Assembly (NCBI GenBank): GCA_964016885.1 | Contig: OZ024748.1 | Location: 49,352,001 to 49,416,000, forward strand | Source: Eledone cirrhosa | Taxonomy: Eukaryota | DNA length: 64,000 nt | Direction: 5' to 3' | Shown: piece after piece, positions 36,801 through 51,800 of the stretch | How positions within the stretch are numbered: position 1 is the first letter of the stretch | How the letters are laid out: every line of letters starts with the position of its first letter | Translations under genes and position numbers: made by a program | The notes under the pieces: generated by a model | Database searches by the model: none | What the model saw: only the letters and a program-made list of their open reading frames with translations | What the model was told of the DNA's origin: nothing

Positions 36801-39800
36801 TTCTATTTTTGGCACAAGGCCAGCAATTATCCCAGCGTATTACTGGTACTTTATTTTATCGACCCCGTAAGGAGGAAAGGCAAAGTTAACCTCAGTGGGA
36901 TTTGAACTCAGAATGGGAAGGGCCGTAACTCTTTGCGTCAAAGCATGGCGTCCGACCCTCTACCGATACTGCCAATCCACTTATTATTAATGAAACATAA
37001 AAATTACAAATAATGTCCACATTTTTCTGCTGACCAGCAAAATTTTCTCTCGGACAACAGTGGTCTATGGACCACTGGTTGGCAATCACTGAGTTAGAAT
37101 GTTGTATAAATTGCTTTGCGGTATTTCTTCTGACTCTGTGTTCTGAGTTCAAATCCCACGAAGGTCAATTTTGCCTTTCATCCTTTCGAAGTTGATATAA
37201 AAGTACCAGTCAAGTACTGAGGTCAATTCTTGCTTTATATCTCTTTTTCACTTCTTCTCTTTCAACTTCTCTCTCCTTCTCTGGAAGTAACTGGCCGTGT
37301 TTAGATCTAGAAAGGAGATGGGCTTTGCCAGGTTTAAAATATACCCAAGAAAGCCATATGTCATTGTGGTGCCTCTACATTGTGGTGCTTCAACCAGGAG
37401 TCATTTATGTTGTCTTTACTCTTTTATGGCAAAATTGCATGAGAGTTGTTGATGGTGGTGATGGTAGTGTTGGTGATGATGGTGGTGGTGGTGATAGTGA
37501 TAGTGGTGGTGGCGATGGTGATGGATGTGGTGTTGATGATGATGGTGATGGAGGTGGTAGAGGTGATGGTGGTGATGACGATGATGAAAAACACTCTTTG
37601 ATAATAAAATGTGATACTTACACAAGGTTATAGTTTTTATCTTTGTTCACCGTTGGCAGGAGAGGGAAAATACCAAGGACAGAGCAAGAAACAACCCAGC
37701 CTAGAATTGGGACCTATTTCAGAATAAAAATAATATTAAAAACAATTTATCAATGCTGGATTTTTGTTTGTTTTGGGGGCTGGTTTCTCACCTTGGAGAT
37801 ATTAACACAACTTTTCAAGTGATATTCTCTTTTGTTATCTTCAGGTGATATTTTTGAGCTAGAGCAGGTATTGAACCAGGAACTTTTATTTTACCCACTA
37901 GATCTGTTCTAAACTAGACCAGATAGCACTATAAACTCATTTTAGTATAAAAACATAGAGACAAAATACCTAATCTTATCTCCAATCTCGTGAAATAAAT
38001 AACCAGTTCCCCTACCCCTTTCACGCTTAAATCATGCTCTCTCCTCTTTCAATTCCTGGTCATCACAGCCTCTTGGTCATCACAGCCCTTGGTCATCCCA
38101 CCCCCTTGGTCATCACACCCTCTTGATCATCACAGCCCCTTGGTCATCACAGCCCCTTGGTCATCCCACCCCCTTGGTCATCACACCCTCTTGATCATCA
38201 CAGCCCCTTAGTCATCACAACCTCTTGGTTATTACAACCCCTTGGTCATTCACAGCCCCTCAGTCATCACAGCTTTCAGTCAAGTTCATCTTGAAGGAAC
38301 AGAGACTGTATAGAATTGGTGGTCAAGGCCTCTTCTCTAGTGTTGGTGCTACAATAAAATACACCCAGTACACTCTGTAAAGTGGTTGGCATTAAGAAAG
38401 GCATTCCACTGCTGAAACCACGATAGTGGTGGTGGTGATGGTAGTACTGCAGCTGTAGCTGATGATGATTATAGTGATGGTGGTAGTGGTGGTGGTGATG
38501 ATGATGATGGTGGCGATGGTAATGATGATGATGATGGGGGTGACAGTGCTGCTACTACTGCTGCTTATGATGGTGGTGTTGGTGGTGATGGTAGTAGTGA
38601 TGATGATGACGATGATATGATAATGATGATGGTTGTGGTGGGTATGATGATGGTGATGATATGTAAACTGTTACTTCATTCCTCCCCCTCTCCCCACACC
38701 ACAGCAAACTGTAGATGCAAGAGACTGACAGTGATACCAGTAATACTCTATCTACAACAACAAAATCAAGTTATCCAGTAGTGAATGTTAGCTGACCTTA
38801 TTGTAGTGCCAGTGGAAAGACAGGGGAGCCCACAGTGCCATCAACACAAGACCCAGTGTTATGGCCTTCCGCTCAAAGAAGCTGTATACCTGTGAAGTAG
38901 AAATGAGCACAATCTATTTATTTATTTAATCAATTTAAACGTCTGCATAGAGCTAGTAAGCCATAGCAGACTAGGGAAAGTATCTAGAACGTCTTACAGT
39001 TGAGAAACAAAGAACAAGATATACAGAGATAAGTAAATATCAAAACAAAAATAAAATAAAATAAATTTAAATGGGGAAAGCCAACTGGAGGCAAAATAAG
39101 CATAAAAAAATAAAGAAAAAATAGAAAGCAAGGGAAGCTGTAAAGTAGCTTAACTCTTTAGCATTTACATTACTCTATATTTACTAGTGTATTTTCATGG
39201 TAAAGGCTTTATCTCACATAATATTGAATCTATAAGATCTTGATATTATTTATTTTGAGAACAATACCTTAACATCAGCATGAGCAGCCAGTTATGGCTG
39301 GTTTGAACAGAAAGACACGAGAGAATTCTGGCCAGATACGGCCGGTTTAAATTACCATTCAGTGATCTGTTGTATGGCACCAATGTCCTCCATACATCTC
39401 CCAGACATAACACATCTCCCTCAATTTTTCATTACCTAACTACCCCACCTGAAACCTTCACTACTCACTCCATCCCCTCCCACCCCACTTTGCACATCCC
39501 CTTAAACCTACTTGTTCACTCCATCCCATTTCCCACTATACCTTTAATACACTATTCCTGTCCAACCCATGCAATGTACACATGGAATGCCAGACATGCT
39601 CCTAATCAAAATTAATTTTGAATATAGGAATTTTGAAAGATTTTTGTAAAATAACTAACTTATAAATTTTTTTTACATAAAATTATGATAGAAGGTTTAA
39701 CTTTGAATAAAAACACTTTAAATCTTTTGTGATTATATTTCTAATTATTTAATGAAGAATTTTGAGGTATTTACTAAAATTATTAATTATTTCATTATTA

Positions 39801-42800
39801 AGATAGTTACCTAAAATATAAGTTCTAATATAAAATTTTGTCAGAAAATTTTAATTTAAATAGGTCTTTAAAATGGGTAGTTTTGTTTCATAGAACCAAA
39901 TCCACTTCTGACTGGTTTGGTAACAAACGAGTTAAAGCAACCAGCTTTGTATTATAGAACCAGAGATAGTTTCAGCCAATTTCTTCCAGATGAAAGTAAT
40001 AGAGAGGAAGTGAGGATGAGACATAGAGATAAAATCCACCACAGGACTGAACTGGTACTTTTTTTTATTGACTTCAAATTTGAACTCAGAGCATTCTATT
40101 CAATGTTCTAACAATCCAGCAAACTTGTTAACAGCCTCTAGTTTAGTATTAGAAAGGCTCTAAGCTATATGAAATTTGTGGCGATTCTCTAAAAAAATTT
40201 GGGTAAAAATTTTTTAAAATAATTATGCATGATTATTATTATTTTTTATATTAATGTTAATGATAAAGAATAAATAATATATATATATATATAGGAAGGG
40301 CATCCAGCCATAGAAAACTTGCCAGAAACAGCTCTGTACGAGCGAGACACAGTCACTCGACCAATCTTGCCTCAAGTGGGACAAACCCGTCCAACCCATG
40401 CTAATTAAACGATGATGATGATATATATATATAATTATATATAAATTTTGATGATTTAGTGTTAAAGAATAAAAACTAATGATAAGATCAAAATATATTT
40501 TGGGGGGTGTGGGCCTAGCTTATTTAGCTTATAGCTAAGTGCAGCACTGGAAAGGTTAAAAGAAAAAGAAAGATAAAAAGCAAAAGAAACAAAAAGAACC
40601 ATGAAGGCCTTACCAGAATTTCCAATCCTATGAATGTTAGAATTATTTTCAAGATAACCGAGCAGAGGATATCATTTCGTTGAGCAACTTTAATAGCAGT
40701 TAATATAATGTCTTTCCTGTACATAAAAAAAAATATTGATTTTTGATTTAGACATATGGCCAGTAAATTTTAGGTAAATGGCAAAATTGATAGAATCAAT
40801 AAAATCAGTACTTGACTGGTGTTTTATTTTATGAAAGGATAAGAAGCTAAGTTGACCTTGGTGATATTTGAACACAGAATGTAAAGAGACAGAACAAATA
40901 CCACAATGGTATTTTATCTGAAACTCTACCAATTCTGCTAATCTCCTATTTTGACGCAAACATGCTTTGATGGGTGTGCAATGTTAAAGTGCAAGAATGT
41001 CTAAGCATGGCTGAACTGAGGGAGAAACTGGGAATAAGAGGAATCAGAAGTAGTGTGCAGGAGATGAGACTGCATTGGTATGGACATGTGATGCACATGG
41101 ATAATGATCGCTCGGTGAAAAAAGTGCCAAATAATTCCAAAGGGAGGAAGACGCAGTAGAGGAAGACCAAGGAAGGCCTGGATGGAAATGGTGAGAGCTA
41201 GTCTTAGATTGCTAAAGCTCACGGAAGAAATGACAAAGGAATGCAACAAGTAGAGAGATGCTGTACTGAGAAGGACCTGTCCAACTTATGCAAGTGTAGA
41301 GCAATGGACGTATGATGTTTAATTATTGAGAGGAAGAGCAGCAGCAGGTAATTTTCCTCCTCGTTCTCCTCCTACTACTATTATTAATAATTGTTTCTAC
41401 TTTAGGCACAAGGCCAGCAATTTTGGGGAAGGGGAAAGTCGATAAATTGACCCCAGTGCATTACTGGTACTTTATTTTATCAACCTCGTAAGGATGAAAG
41501 GCAAAGCTAACCTTGGAGGGATTTGAACTCAGATTGTAAAGGGGCGTAACCCTATGCCATAAAGCATATTGTTCGACCCTCTACCGATACTGCCAATCTA
41601 CCGCCCTTAATAATAATTGTTTCTACTATAGGCACAAAGCCAGCAATTTGGGGAGAGGGGAAAGTCGATTAAATTGACCCCAGTGCTTTATTTTATCATG
41701 CCTGTAAGGATGAAAGGCAAAGCTAACCGTGGCATGATTTGAACTCAGAACGTAAAGGGCTGCAACTCAATGCCACTAAGCATCTTGTCCGACGCTCTAC
41801 CGATACTGCTAATCCACCACCCTTAATAATAATATTATGGAATTTAGATTAAAAAAGTTTGGTGTATTAATCTTGAACCGAGGCAAAATTAAAAGCATTG
41901 TGGAATAGGTGCTGCCATTAGGAAAGGTTATGAAGCAAATAGAAGAGGAAGGTTATAAGTAGTTAGGCATATTGGAAGTTGATAAGATAAGGTAGGAGGA
42001 AATGAAAGAAAATTTTAAGTTAGAATATATCTGCAGACTGAGACTTATTCTCAAGTTGAAACTGAATGGACGGAATAAGATGGAAGCTATCAATACATGG
42101 GCAGTATCACTCATTAGATATGGGGCGGGGGTGTTCATGTGGAGAGCTAAACAGTTTAGATTAAAAGGACAAAAAAGATATTGACTAGATATGGGATATT
42201 TCACCCAAAGAGCGACATTGACAGATTATATGTAGCAAGGAAAACAGGAGGAAAAGGATTGATAAGGTGTGAAGATGGTATTAGAACAGAAGAAAATAAC
42301 ATGGCATGGTACATAAAAAATTCCACAGAACTGATGTTGCTGGAAGTAAGAAGGTCAGAGATGTGCAAAATAGAAGATTGCAAAGAAAAAAAACACAGTA
42401 CAAGAATTTGAAGATGGAGGAAACTAAAAGTAGATGGAGAGGAAAAAGAATGTATGGACAATTCCATTGAGATGTTGAAGATAGGACAGAGAAAGGAATT
42501 GGTTATGGATAACTAAAAGTGATATAAAACTGGAAACAGAAACCTTAATCTGTGCTGCTCAAGAACAAGTACTAAGAACTAACTACATCAATCATAGAGT
42601 AGACCTCACAGCAGAAAGAGATAAGTGCAGAATTTGTGGCATGAATGGAGAAACTGTATGGTATATTACCAGTCAATGTACACCACTAGCTCACAAAAGA
42701 ATATAATAGACTTTACAACAGCATAGCAAGGATAGTCCACTGGGTACTTTGTGGCAAATATGACAGAGCAGAAAAGTGGTACGAACATAACCTTGAGGGC

Positions 42801-45800
42801 TTTATCGAAAATGATGATGAAAATTTCCTACATGACATTGAGATACAGTGTGATCATGAGATTGAGCATAGGAGACCAGATATTGTATCAGTTGAGAAAG
42901 AAAGCAGTGCTGGATCATTTATGTAGCCTGTCCAGCTGATAACAAGGAAAAAAAGTTGATAAATATGACAGGTTAGCTTGGGAGATTAAGCAGTTGTGGT
43001 CACTGAAAAAGGTGGTGGAAATACCAATAATAGTTGGAGTCTTAGGAACAGTGAGTAAAGATCTGGGGAAGTACATTAAACAAATAGGGATTGCAATACA
43101 GATGGAACACTTACAAAAACAACAGTATTGCTTGGAACAGCTCGAATACTCCGGAGGGTACTCGAAATTTAAGGGGTGGTACCTCAGTTCACTGGTAGTG
43201 AACAGCTAACATTGTAATACATCTCCAGTGTTAGAAGCTGAGTGAAGAAACAATGATAATATTAATGCTGAAGAGATAATAAACTTACTTATGAAGCACA
43301 CTTCTCCAAAGTAGCACAGGTAACAAGCAGTACATATAGTACATGAGAGGTGATGATATCACTGGAAATAAAGCAGAATATACTGGGTTAATTCATCTTT
43401 TTTTTTCTCCAGGGTTGTATTGTATTGTAGTGTGTGTCTGTGTGTGTGTTTGTGCATGTGTGTTTTTGCATGTATGTTTGTGTGAGAGAGAGATTGTAGG
43501 TTTGCATGTGCAATAGTGATAAAAGGCCCAGGTCAGATGTGAAGTGAAAGCCCCATTTCAAACTGATCACTAAGTATTTCAGTAACCAGTACTCAAAATA
43601 TGTAATTTACATATATTTATGTATAGTCAATACTTAATTGATACTACTGTCCCCATAGGTAGGCCAAGGAATATATCTTCCATACATACGTTTGAGTTTT
43701 GGCATGGTTTCTACAGCAGGATGTCCCTAGCAGCACTAGGGAGATTGTGTCCTTCATAACACCAGTCACGTTACAGAGTGTACAGGGTGCATTTTATCAT
43801 GGTACCTGCACTAGGGAGGTTGTGCTCTTGACACAATTGTTTGTTATAGTTTCTACAGCAGGATTTCCTTCATAACACCAACCAATTTACAGAGTGTACA
43901 GGGTACATTTTATCATGGTGCCATCACTAGAGATGCTGTCATATCCATGACATGACTGTAGAGTTTTCTGAAACATTTCAACATTTTGTCATCAGTAACA
44001 AACAACAAAACAATAGAGAAGAAAAAAAATGACAACTTACCAAAGAGGAATGTAGCAATGGAAGAGAGAAGGAAAACAGTGGTGATTTCTATGAACTTCT
44101 TTGTTTGCCACCAAGATAAGCTGGAGGTGTGCATTCGAAGACTGGTTCTTAACAAGCCAGAATGTTTTTCTAACAGAAGACATATCACAAAGAAAATCCA
44201 GCCTAGAAAGCTGAGAACAACACTGCTTCTGTAACAGAAAAGTTATAACAAACTCTAAATTCTTTAGTTTGGAATATTTTACCAAAGGAAAAAAGATATA
44301 AAAACAGGTGTGCTAATATGAATTAAATCATGCTATACCTGGGAAATTTTGAATGAAGGGAATAGAGCCATTAATGGATATTGTGTAGGGAAATAGAACT
44401 AGATGGTTGAGTCATGTATTAAGGAAAGATGAAAGTTACTAGGAGGGTGGAGTTATGGGAAGTAGAGCCAGTGATAAGTGTTGTGAAGATATATAGTATG
44501 AGATGGTTGGGTCATGTGTTGAGGAAGGATGAGAAGAATGATAGGAATAGAGCCAGTGATTGATGTTGTGAAGAGAAATAGAATGAGATGGTTGGGTCAG
44601 ATTTAACAGAGAAAACGGCATTAAATTGCTTGTTGTTGTTGTTGTTTATTGTTATTAAAGGCACATGGCTTAATGGTTAGAGCATTGAGCTTGCAATCGA
44701 AAGGTTGTGAGTTCAATTCTCAGACCGGGTGATGTGTTGTTTCCTTGAGCAAGACACTTTATTTCACATTGCTCCAGTTTACTCAGCTGTAGAAATGAGA
44801 TGATAGGGACTGGGGTCCATATCATTCCACTGCAAAGTGGTCGTGGAGGTGCCACAGCAAAAAAGCACCCAGCACTCACTGTAAACGAGGTTTGTGTTAG
44901 GAAGGGCATGCAACTGTAGAAATCAAGCCAGAATCAGTTCCCGTCCCACCCTTGCAAGCAGGGAAAAGCGGACGTAAAATGATGATGATGATGATGATGA
45001 ATACAATTAATTATCTTACAGAGAATATTTAAGAAATATCGAAGTTGTTGATGAAGGAATCAGAGAGATTGTACATGTCTTAGATGATTTGCAGAGGCGG
45101 CAAAACAGCTTTTATACTAATGGCTGATAAAAGTAGCAACAGACAGAAATCTCAGTAATAAAATGAATATATAATGAACTCTATCTTTTTATTTCTTCTT
45201 TAATTTCTCTTTTTATTTTCTGATGAAATGACTAGCATCGGAAATGTTAAGACTCTTTTCCTACTATATCAAGCATAAAACTAATAACATATTTCTTCAT
45301 TGTACTGTGTCATTTGCTTTATTATTTTTGTTTGCTTTTTGCAAATATATATATATATATGTGCGTGTATGTGTGTGTAAAGGGTAAACATAAATAACAA
45401 AAATATGAAAACAAACGGCACAGTAGATGGAAGGAATATATTAGTTTAACACTTGAAATAGCAGGAAGAGAGTCTTAATGTTTTGGACACTAGTCCTTCA
45501 GCAGAAGTATCAATGAGAAATTAAAGAAGAAAGGGGCAGAAAAAAAAAATGTTTTATAGAGAAAAATAACAGATACATACATATCATCATCATCATCATC
45601 ATCGTTTAATGTCTATCTTCCACGCTAGCATGAGTTAAACGGGAATTGTTCTACTTAAGGCAAGATTGATCGGGTGACCGTGTCTGGCAGGTTTTCTACG
45701 GCTGGATGCCCTTCCTAACACCAACCACATTTACAGTGGACTGGGAGCTTTTTACCATGTTTCCTACACGACCATATTACAGCGTGGACTGTGTATTTTT

Positions 45801-48800
45801 TTGTTGTGACACCTACACAACCTCATTAGTTTGGACTGGATGTTGTGGTACCAACATAACTTTACAGAGAAAGGGTGGTGTTGGTGGGAATGGGAGGATG
45901 GAGTAGGGGTAGTGGAATGGGGTATATATTTGGTTAGGAGGGGCCTACTGACTGTAGGTTTCGCTTTGCACATAGGGAAGGCGGGTCTTCTGTATTACTG
46001 CATGGCACTAAAGATCTCATTCCAGTGACATTGTCTTAGAGAGGTGCAAGTGTGCAAGGTCGGAATTTATCATGTCGTCCCAGGTTTTTCTGGGTCTACC
46101 TACTCCGTAACTTCCATCAATTTTGATCGCCCTGCACTTTTTTATACAGCTGTCGTCTTTCATGCGCATCACATGACCATACCAACGTAATCTTCTCTCA
46201 AGTAAACAGCATCTGTATCCCTCTTATTCCTAATTTCTCACTTAGTTCGTTTATGTTTTGCCATTCGTGTATATTACTAGAGAGAAAGACAGAGACAACT
46301 TACCCCAATAAAATTCTGTCATATGTTTGGTAATACTGCAGACCTTTCAGTGCAAGATCTATCAATCTGTTCCCTTCTAATATCTGAAGCAGAAGATACA
46401 ATATGACAGGTGTTATATCAATTTACTGCAGATAATTGGCAGAGTCGTTAGAACATCAGATGGAGTGTTTTGTGGTATTTGGTCTGGCTCTCTGCGGCTC
46501 TGAGTTCAAATCCTGCAAGGGGTCAATTTTGCCTTTCATCCTTTTGAGGTTGATGAAAAAAATTGCAGCCCAGTACTGGGATTGATTCTTCCTCTATGTC
46601 TCTTTCTCTCTCCCTCTGGAGGAAATAAGCTGTGTTCAGACATGGAGGGAGGATAGGCTTTGCCAGGCTTAAAGTAATGGCCAAGAAATGCTGTAAGTCA
46701 CTAAGTTCATCAATACATACATATCAGTTTACTAAGACATAACCATTTAATGTCTATTTTCCCTACTAGCAATGGTTAGACAGGTCATCATAGACCAAGT
46801 GAGTACTTAATCAGAGCCACTGACCTCTCAGACAGGCTAGAGACCACATCTCCCTTACATACATTCTAATACTCTGCAGAGCACACTGGGTGCATGTTAC
46901 TATGGCACTATATGAAAAAACAAACTCTCATATGTCACCATAGAACCATGATCCATAGTTTTATACAAATGAGACAACATTGCATTGTTTTTTTCTTTAT
47001 TTTTGTTTTTACATTTTAGTCAAGGAATGACGGACAATGCCCATGACCCTTTTAAGGGCCTCCAGAACTGAAGTGAGAGAGCTAGAGATGGAGGAGGAAA
47101 GTAATGAAGAATTGACCTGAAAGTGTACAACAGAGATGATTCTGCTAAACACATCTAAGAGTCAGGTGGTGGTGATGATAACATGGATAAAGTATGACCA
47201 CAGTAGAATTTGAACTCAGAATGTCAAGGGGTAGAACAAATACTTCAAAGCATATCGTCCAACACTGGTTCTTTGTAATGTAGGATCACAGTGGGATTTG
47301 AACTCAGAATGCCAAGGGTCAGAACAAATATTGCATTATTTATTGAACCAGAAAAGATGAAAGTCAAAGTTGAGCTCAAAGGAAATTTAAACTCAGCGAG
47401 CAAGACCAAGTACCATGAGTTATTAAATCCAATCATGTAACAACTATGTCAATAATAAAAGATTGATATCAGGTGCTTAATTTAAATAGCAATATTGATA
47501 GACAATTCTTTTTGGTTTTTGGTGAAAAAGAAAAAAAACCCCGAAAGAATTGCAGGAGAGATTTTGTGGCAGGGAACCCAGAGGTAGAACAAGAACAAAA
47601 TGGTTGGATAATGTTGTCTTGCTTGGGGATGGTTTCTTTTGATAGAACCTTTTGGTAGGCATGTGTGAAGACTCTGCCCCCAAAGACCCTCTCAGGAGAA
47701 AGAAGAAAAAGAAGGAGGAGAAGGAGGTTATTTTTCTTAGATAAAAAACATCTTGGTAACTTACTGCGTCTTCAAATTGGCCAGCATGGATAAGATTCTG
47801 AATATGTTGAAGTTTTACAGTCTGTAATGTGAAGAATATTTTCAATAGCAAATCATATTCCAGTTTTACATGAGCCAAATAAACAATAATTCTTACTTAT
47901 ATCCTCTTCAAATATAAATGAATTCAAAGCTACAACATAGCTATATATCACAGCTACTACACAGCAAGATATCAAAGATACTACACAGCAAGATATCACA
48001 GCTACTACACAGCAAGATATCAAAGCTACTATACAGCAAGATTTCAAAGCTACTACACAGCAAGATTTCAAAGCTACTACGCAGTAAAATATCAAAGGTA
48101 TTACACAGCAAGATATCAAAGCTACTACACAGCAAGATATCACAGCTACACCACAGCAGGGCATCAAAGCTATTACACATCAAGATATCACAGCTACACT
48201 ACAGCAGGAGATCAAAGCTACTATACAGCAGGGCATCAAAGCTACTACACAGCAAGATATCACAGCTACTACACAGAAAGATATCAAAGCTACTACACAG
48301 CAAAATTTCAAAGCTACTACGCAGCAAGATATCAAAGTTACTGTGCAGTAAAATTTTGATGTGCATCAACATTTCAAAAATTTCAAAGGTAAATAGTTTT
48401 TATAATTTGTATATTTACCTGGATTGATGTGGTTAAATCACTGAAATAAAAAAAAAAAATTAGGGAAAAATATAAAATAAAATAAAATTACTTGAAGTGA
48501 TATATGATTGAGATGAAATTCTGTCACATCTAATTGTTAAGTTTTTCATCAACCTCGAAAGGATGAAAGGCAAAATTGACCCCAGCAGGATTTGAACTCA
48601 GAGACGCAGATGGTGTTTGATATTTTCTTGTTTTAGTAAAAAGGAAAAGTACAATTTGAACTGACAAAAATAAAAATAAATAAAGAACATTTTGAAACAC
48701 CATTAAAATATTATCTGTCCTCTTTTGTGCCCCCTCATCTGTTTGGTCTTCTACTCCATCTTGTCATTGTTTTGTCAAGGTAGAGTAGAAGTTTAAGACT

Positions 48801-51800
48801 AGACAGAAGAGGAGATACAAAGGAAAACAGATAGTCATTGATGAGGTCACAGAATGTGTGACATTAAAATATTCTTCTCAACATATAAAATTGCATTTTC
48901 TATAACTTCAACCACATTATCATCTCTTTAAAGCCAGCTGTTTCCACCATTTCCAGATAGGTTTAATCAAATTGTGTGTGTATGTGTCTGGGTATGTGTG
49001 TATGTGAGCGCTTATGTTTATATGTGAGTGTTTTTTTGTGTATGTGTGTGTGTGTGTGTGTATGTGTATCTGGGTATGTGTGTGGCTGTGGCTGTATATA
49101 TTTATATGTGTGTGGTATGTGTATGTGTGTGTCTGTGGATGTGTATGTTTATATGTGTGTGTTCTTTTGTATGTATATGTGTGTGTGTGTGCATGTGTAT
49201 TAGTGTGTATGTAAGTGAATCTGGGTAGTCAGAAGCTGTTTGAAACCTGTCTAATGGACTGTACCTGTTATTCAAAGGGGCCATCTTTGTCACTCGTTGT
49301 CTCATACCCTTGGGAATTATATTATGAATACATGTGTCCATGGAATGCTCAGCCACTTACACACTAATTTCAAGAGCAGCCTGTCCTCTTGATTGAACCA
49401 ATGGAACACTCTTCATCAAAACCAACAGAATCCCCCCTCCTCCCAATGATTGAGAAATAAAAATTTGTGTCCTTCTGAATCTCCTTGAGAATTTTACTAA
49501 GGGTACACGAGTCTGTGGAATACTCAGCCACGTACACATTAATTTCATGTGCAGGCACTTCCATTGAAACCATCTGAGGTCCGTTCCATTCCACTTATTT
49601 ACATAGTAACAACTAATACACTACATGGTCTCATTAAAGATGTCATCATCATCACCATCATCATCATTTAACATCTGCTTTCCTCACTGGCAATGGATGG
49701 ATGGGTCTTCACAGACCGAGTCAGTATTGAAACAGGTCTACTGATATCCCAGACAGGCTGGAACCCTGCATTTTAGCTTACCTACGGTCCCACACTCTAC
49801 CAAATGTATTTTATTGCAGCACCCAGCACTAGGAAGGTCGTCATATTTTGACACAACTGAAGGGGCCTCTGAACACTTTGTTTGGCAAGCTTTCTATGGC
49901 TGGATGCTCTTCTTATCACCACCAATTTACAGCATGTCAATGAAGTACAATATATGGTGGTGCCCCAGTATAGCTGCAGTCTAATGACTGAAACCAGTAA
50001 AAGAATAAAGGAATATTTTATCTCACCTGAATGGTCTAAAGGTGATGGAGAGGGAGGTGTTTTGAGTGTGCATCATTTTCACCTAAAACAAGAGATATCT
50101 TCAGCATAAAATTAAAAAAGAAAAAAGAATTGGAAATAATATAAATCAAAGAGAGATTTGCTTAAAGATTTGATGATAAATTAAACTAGGCAGCAAATCA
50201 ACAGAATAATTGGAGCATCTAATTAACTCTTTTTTCTAATGAAACACATTGCCAGGAATTTTCAAATCATTTTGAAAATTATTCAAGAATTTGGAGGAAT
50301 TTAGTAATATAACTAACTTTTTCACTATTAAGATGGTGCTTGGAACAAAACTTCACATAGGTTCTTACATAAAATTGTGATGAAAGGTTTTCAGATAATT
50401 ATAAACATTTAAAAATAAACAACTTAGTATTGTAGCACTAGCAGCAGTTTGAGGCTGTTTGATAACAAATGTGTTAAATACCTCAGTATTTGTTCTGGGT
50501 CACTGTGTTCTGAGTTCAAATCCTGCCACGATCAACTTTGCCTAACATCTTTTTGGGGGTTGATAAAATAAAGTACCAGTTGAGGGTGGTGAATTGGTGG
50601 ATTTATTGGAGTTGTTAGATTGTTAAAGTGTAGAGCACTTTAAGTAAGGAAGAGTAAGGAAGATACAGAACCCTAGCTTATCTGAGCACTTGGTAGAGTG
50701 AGGGAGAAACATATGTAAGGAAGATACAGAACCCTAGCTTATCTGAACACTTGGTAGAGTGAGGGAGGAAACATATGTAGGCAAGATACAGAACCCTAGC
50801 TTATCTGAGCACTTGGTAGAGTAAGGAAGATACAGAACCCTAGCTTATCTGAGCACTTGGTAGAGTAAGGAAGATACAGAACCCTAGCTTATCTGACAAC
50901 TTGGTAGAGTGAGCGAGGGAACATATGTAGGCAAGATACAGATGTTAAATGATGATAACTTGTATCTTTTTTGTTTTTTTTGTGTTTTGAGCTCAACTGC
51001 AACATCATTGGTGCTAAACTATATAGGTCTTTGTCTTTCTCTTGGACATCAATAGCTTGGTGTGTGGAGACTTCCATGTATGGGTGACTGTTGGTCTTCC
51101 ATTAAATACCTTGTTCAGGCTTGCACCTTGCACCAGTCCAGAGTGGAGGATTGGTGCAATTGTTTAGAGCAGGTATGGACAATCTTTAGTGAGCTACAGA
51201 TCATCATAAGGTGGGTCACATGAGATATATCTCATCATAATGTAGGCAACATGAGATATGGCTCATCATAAGGTGGACCACATGGTATATGGCTCAGCAT
51301 TTGACAGGCCACATGAGTTATGGCTGATCATAAAAAAAATTCCAAGGTAATTTTGAAATTGAGGTGTGCCATTCATGAAGCCAAATGGGCTGCAGTTTTC
51401 CCATGACTAGTTTAAAATATCAAACATGATGCTTTGCAGTATCTCAGTCCATCATTTAACACCTATCTTTCCTGCTAGCAACAGATTGGACAGGTCTTCA
51501 CCACAGACAGAGTCACTACTCAAGAAGGGCTGTTGACATCCCAGATGGTTGGGGGATGGGTATCTGTCTCTTACATAACGTTATTGCATCCTATTTGAGT
51601 GCTCAGACAGGTCGGGGGTCCCCAATCTTATTTACATATATTCCTTTGCTGTAAAAGAATTAGTATTTCTTTATACACAGTTAAGAAATGGATCCCACTT
51701 ACCGTATACTGGGCAAGAATTTGTTTAGCATTGGTAAAAAGATTGACTGCTTTATATCCCACATCTCCAGTGAGATAGTTTATAGGTAATCTTCCCTGTA

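Noticed and set aside
47918-48427. 169-aa KISKLLHS repeat ORF and Cys-rich antisense ORFs
   Set aside because: Translation of a 24-bp minisatellite inside a PIGN intron; no exon signals.
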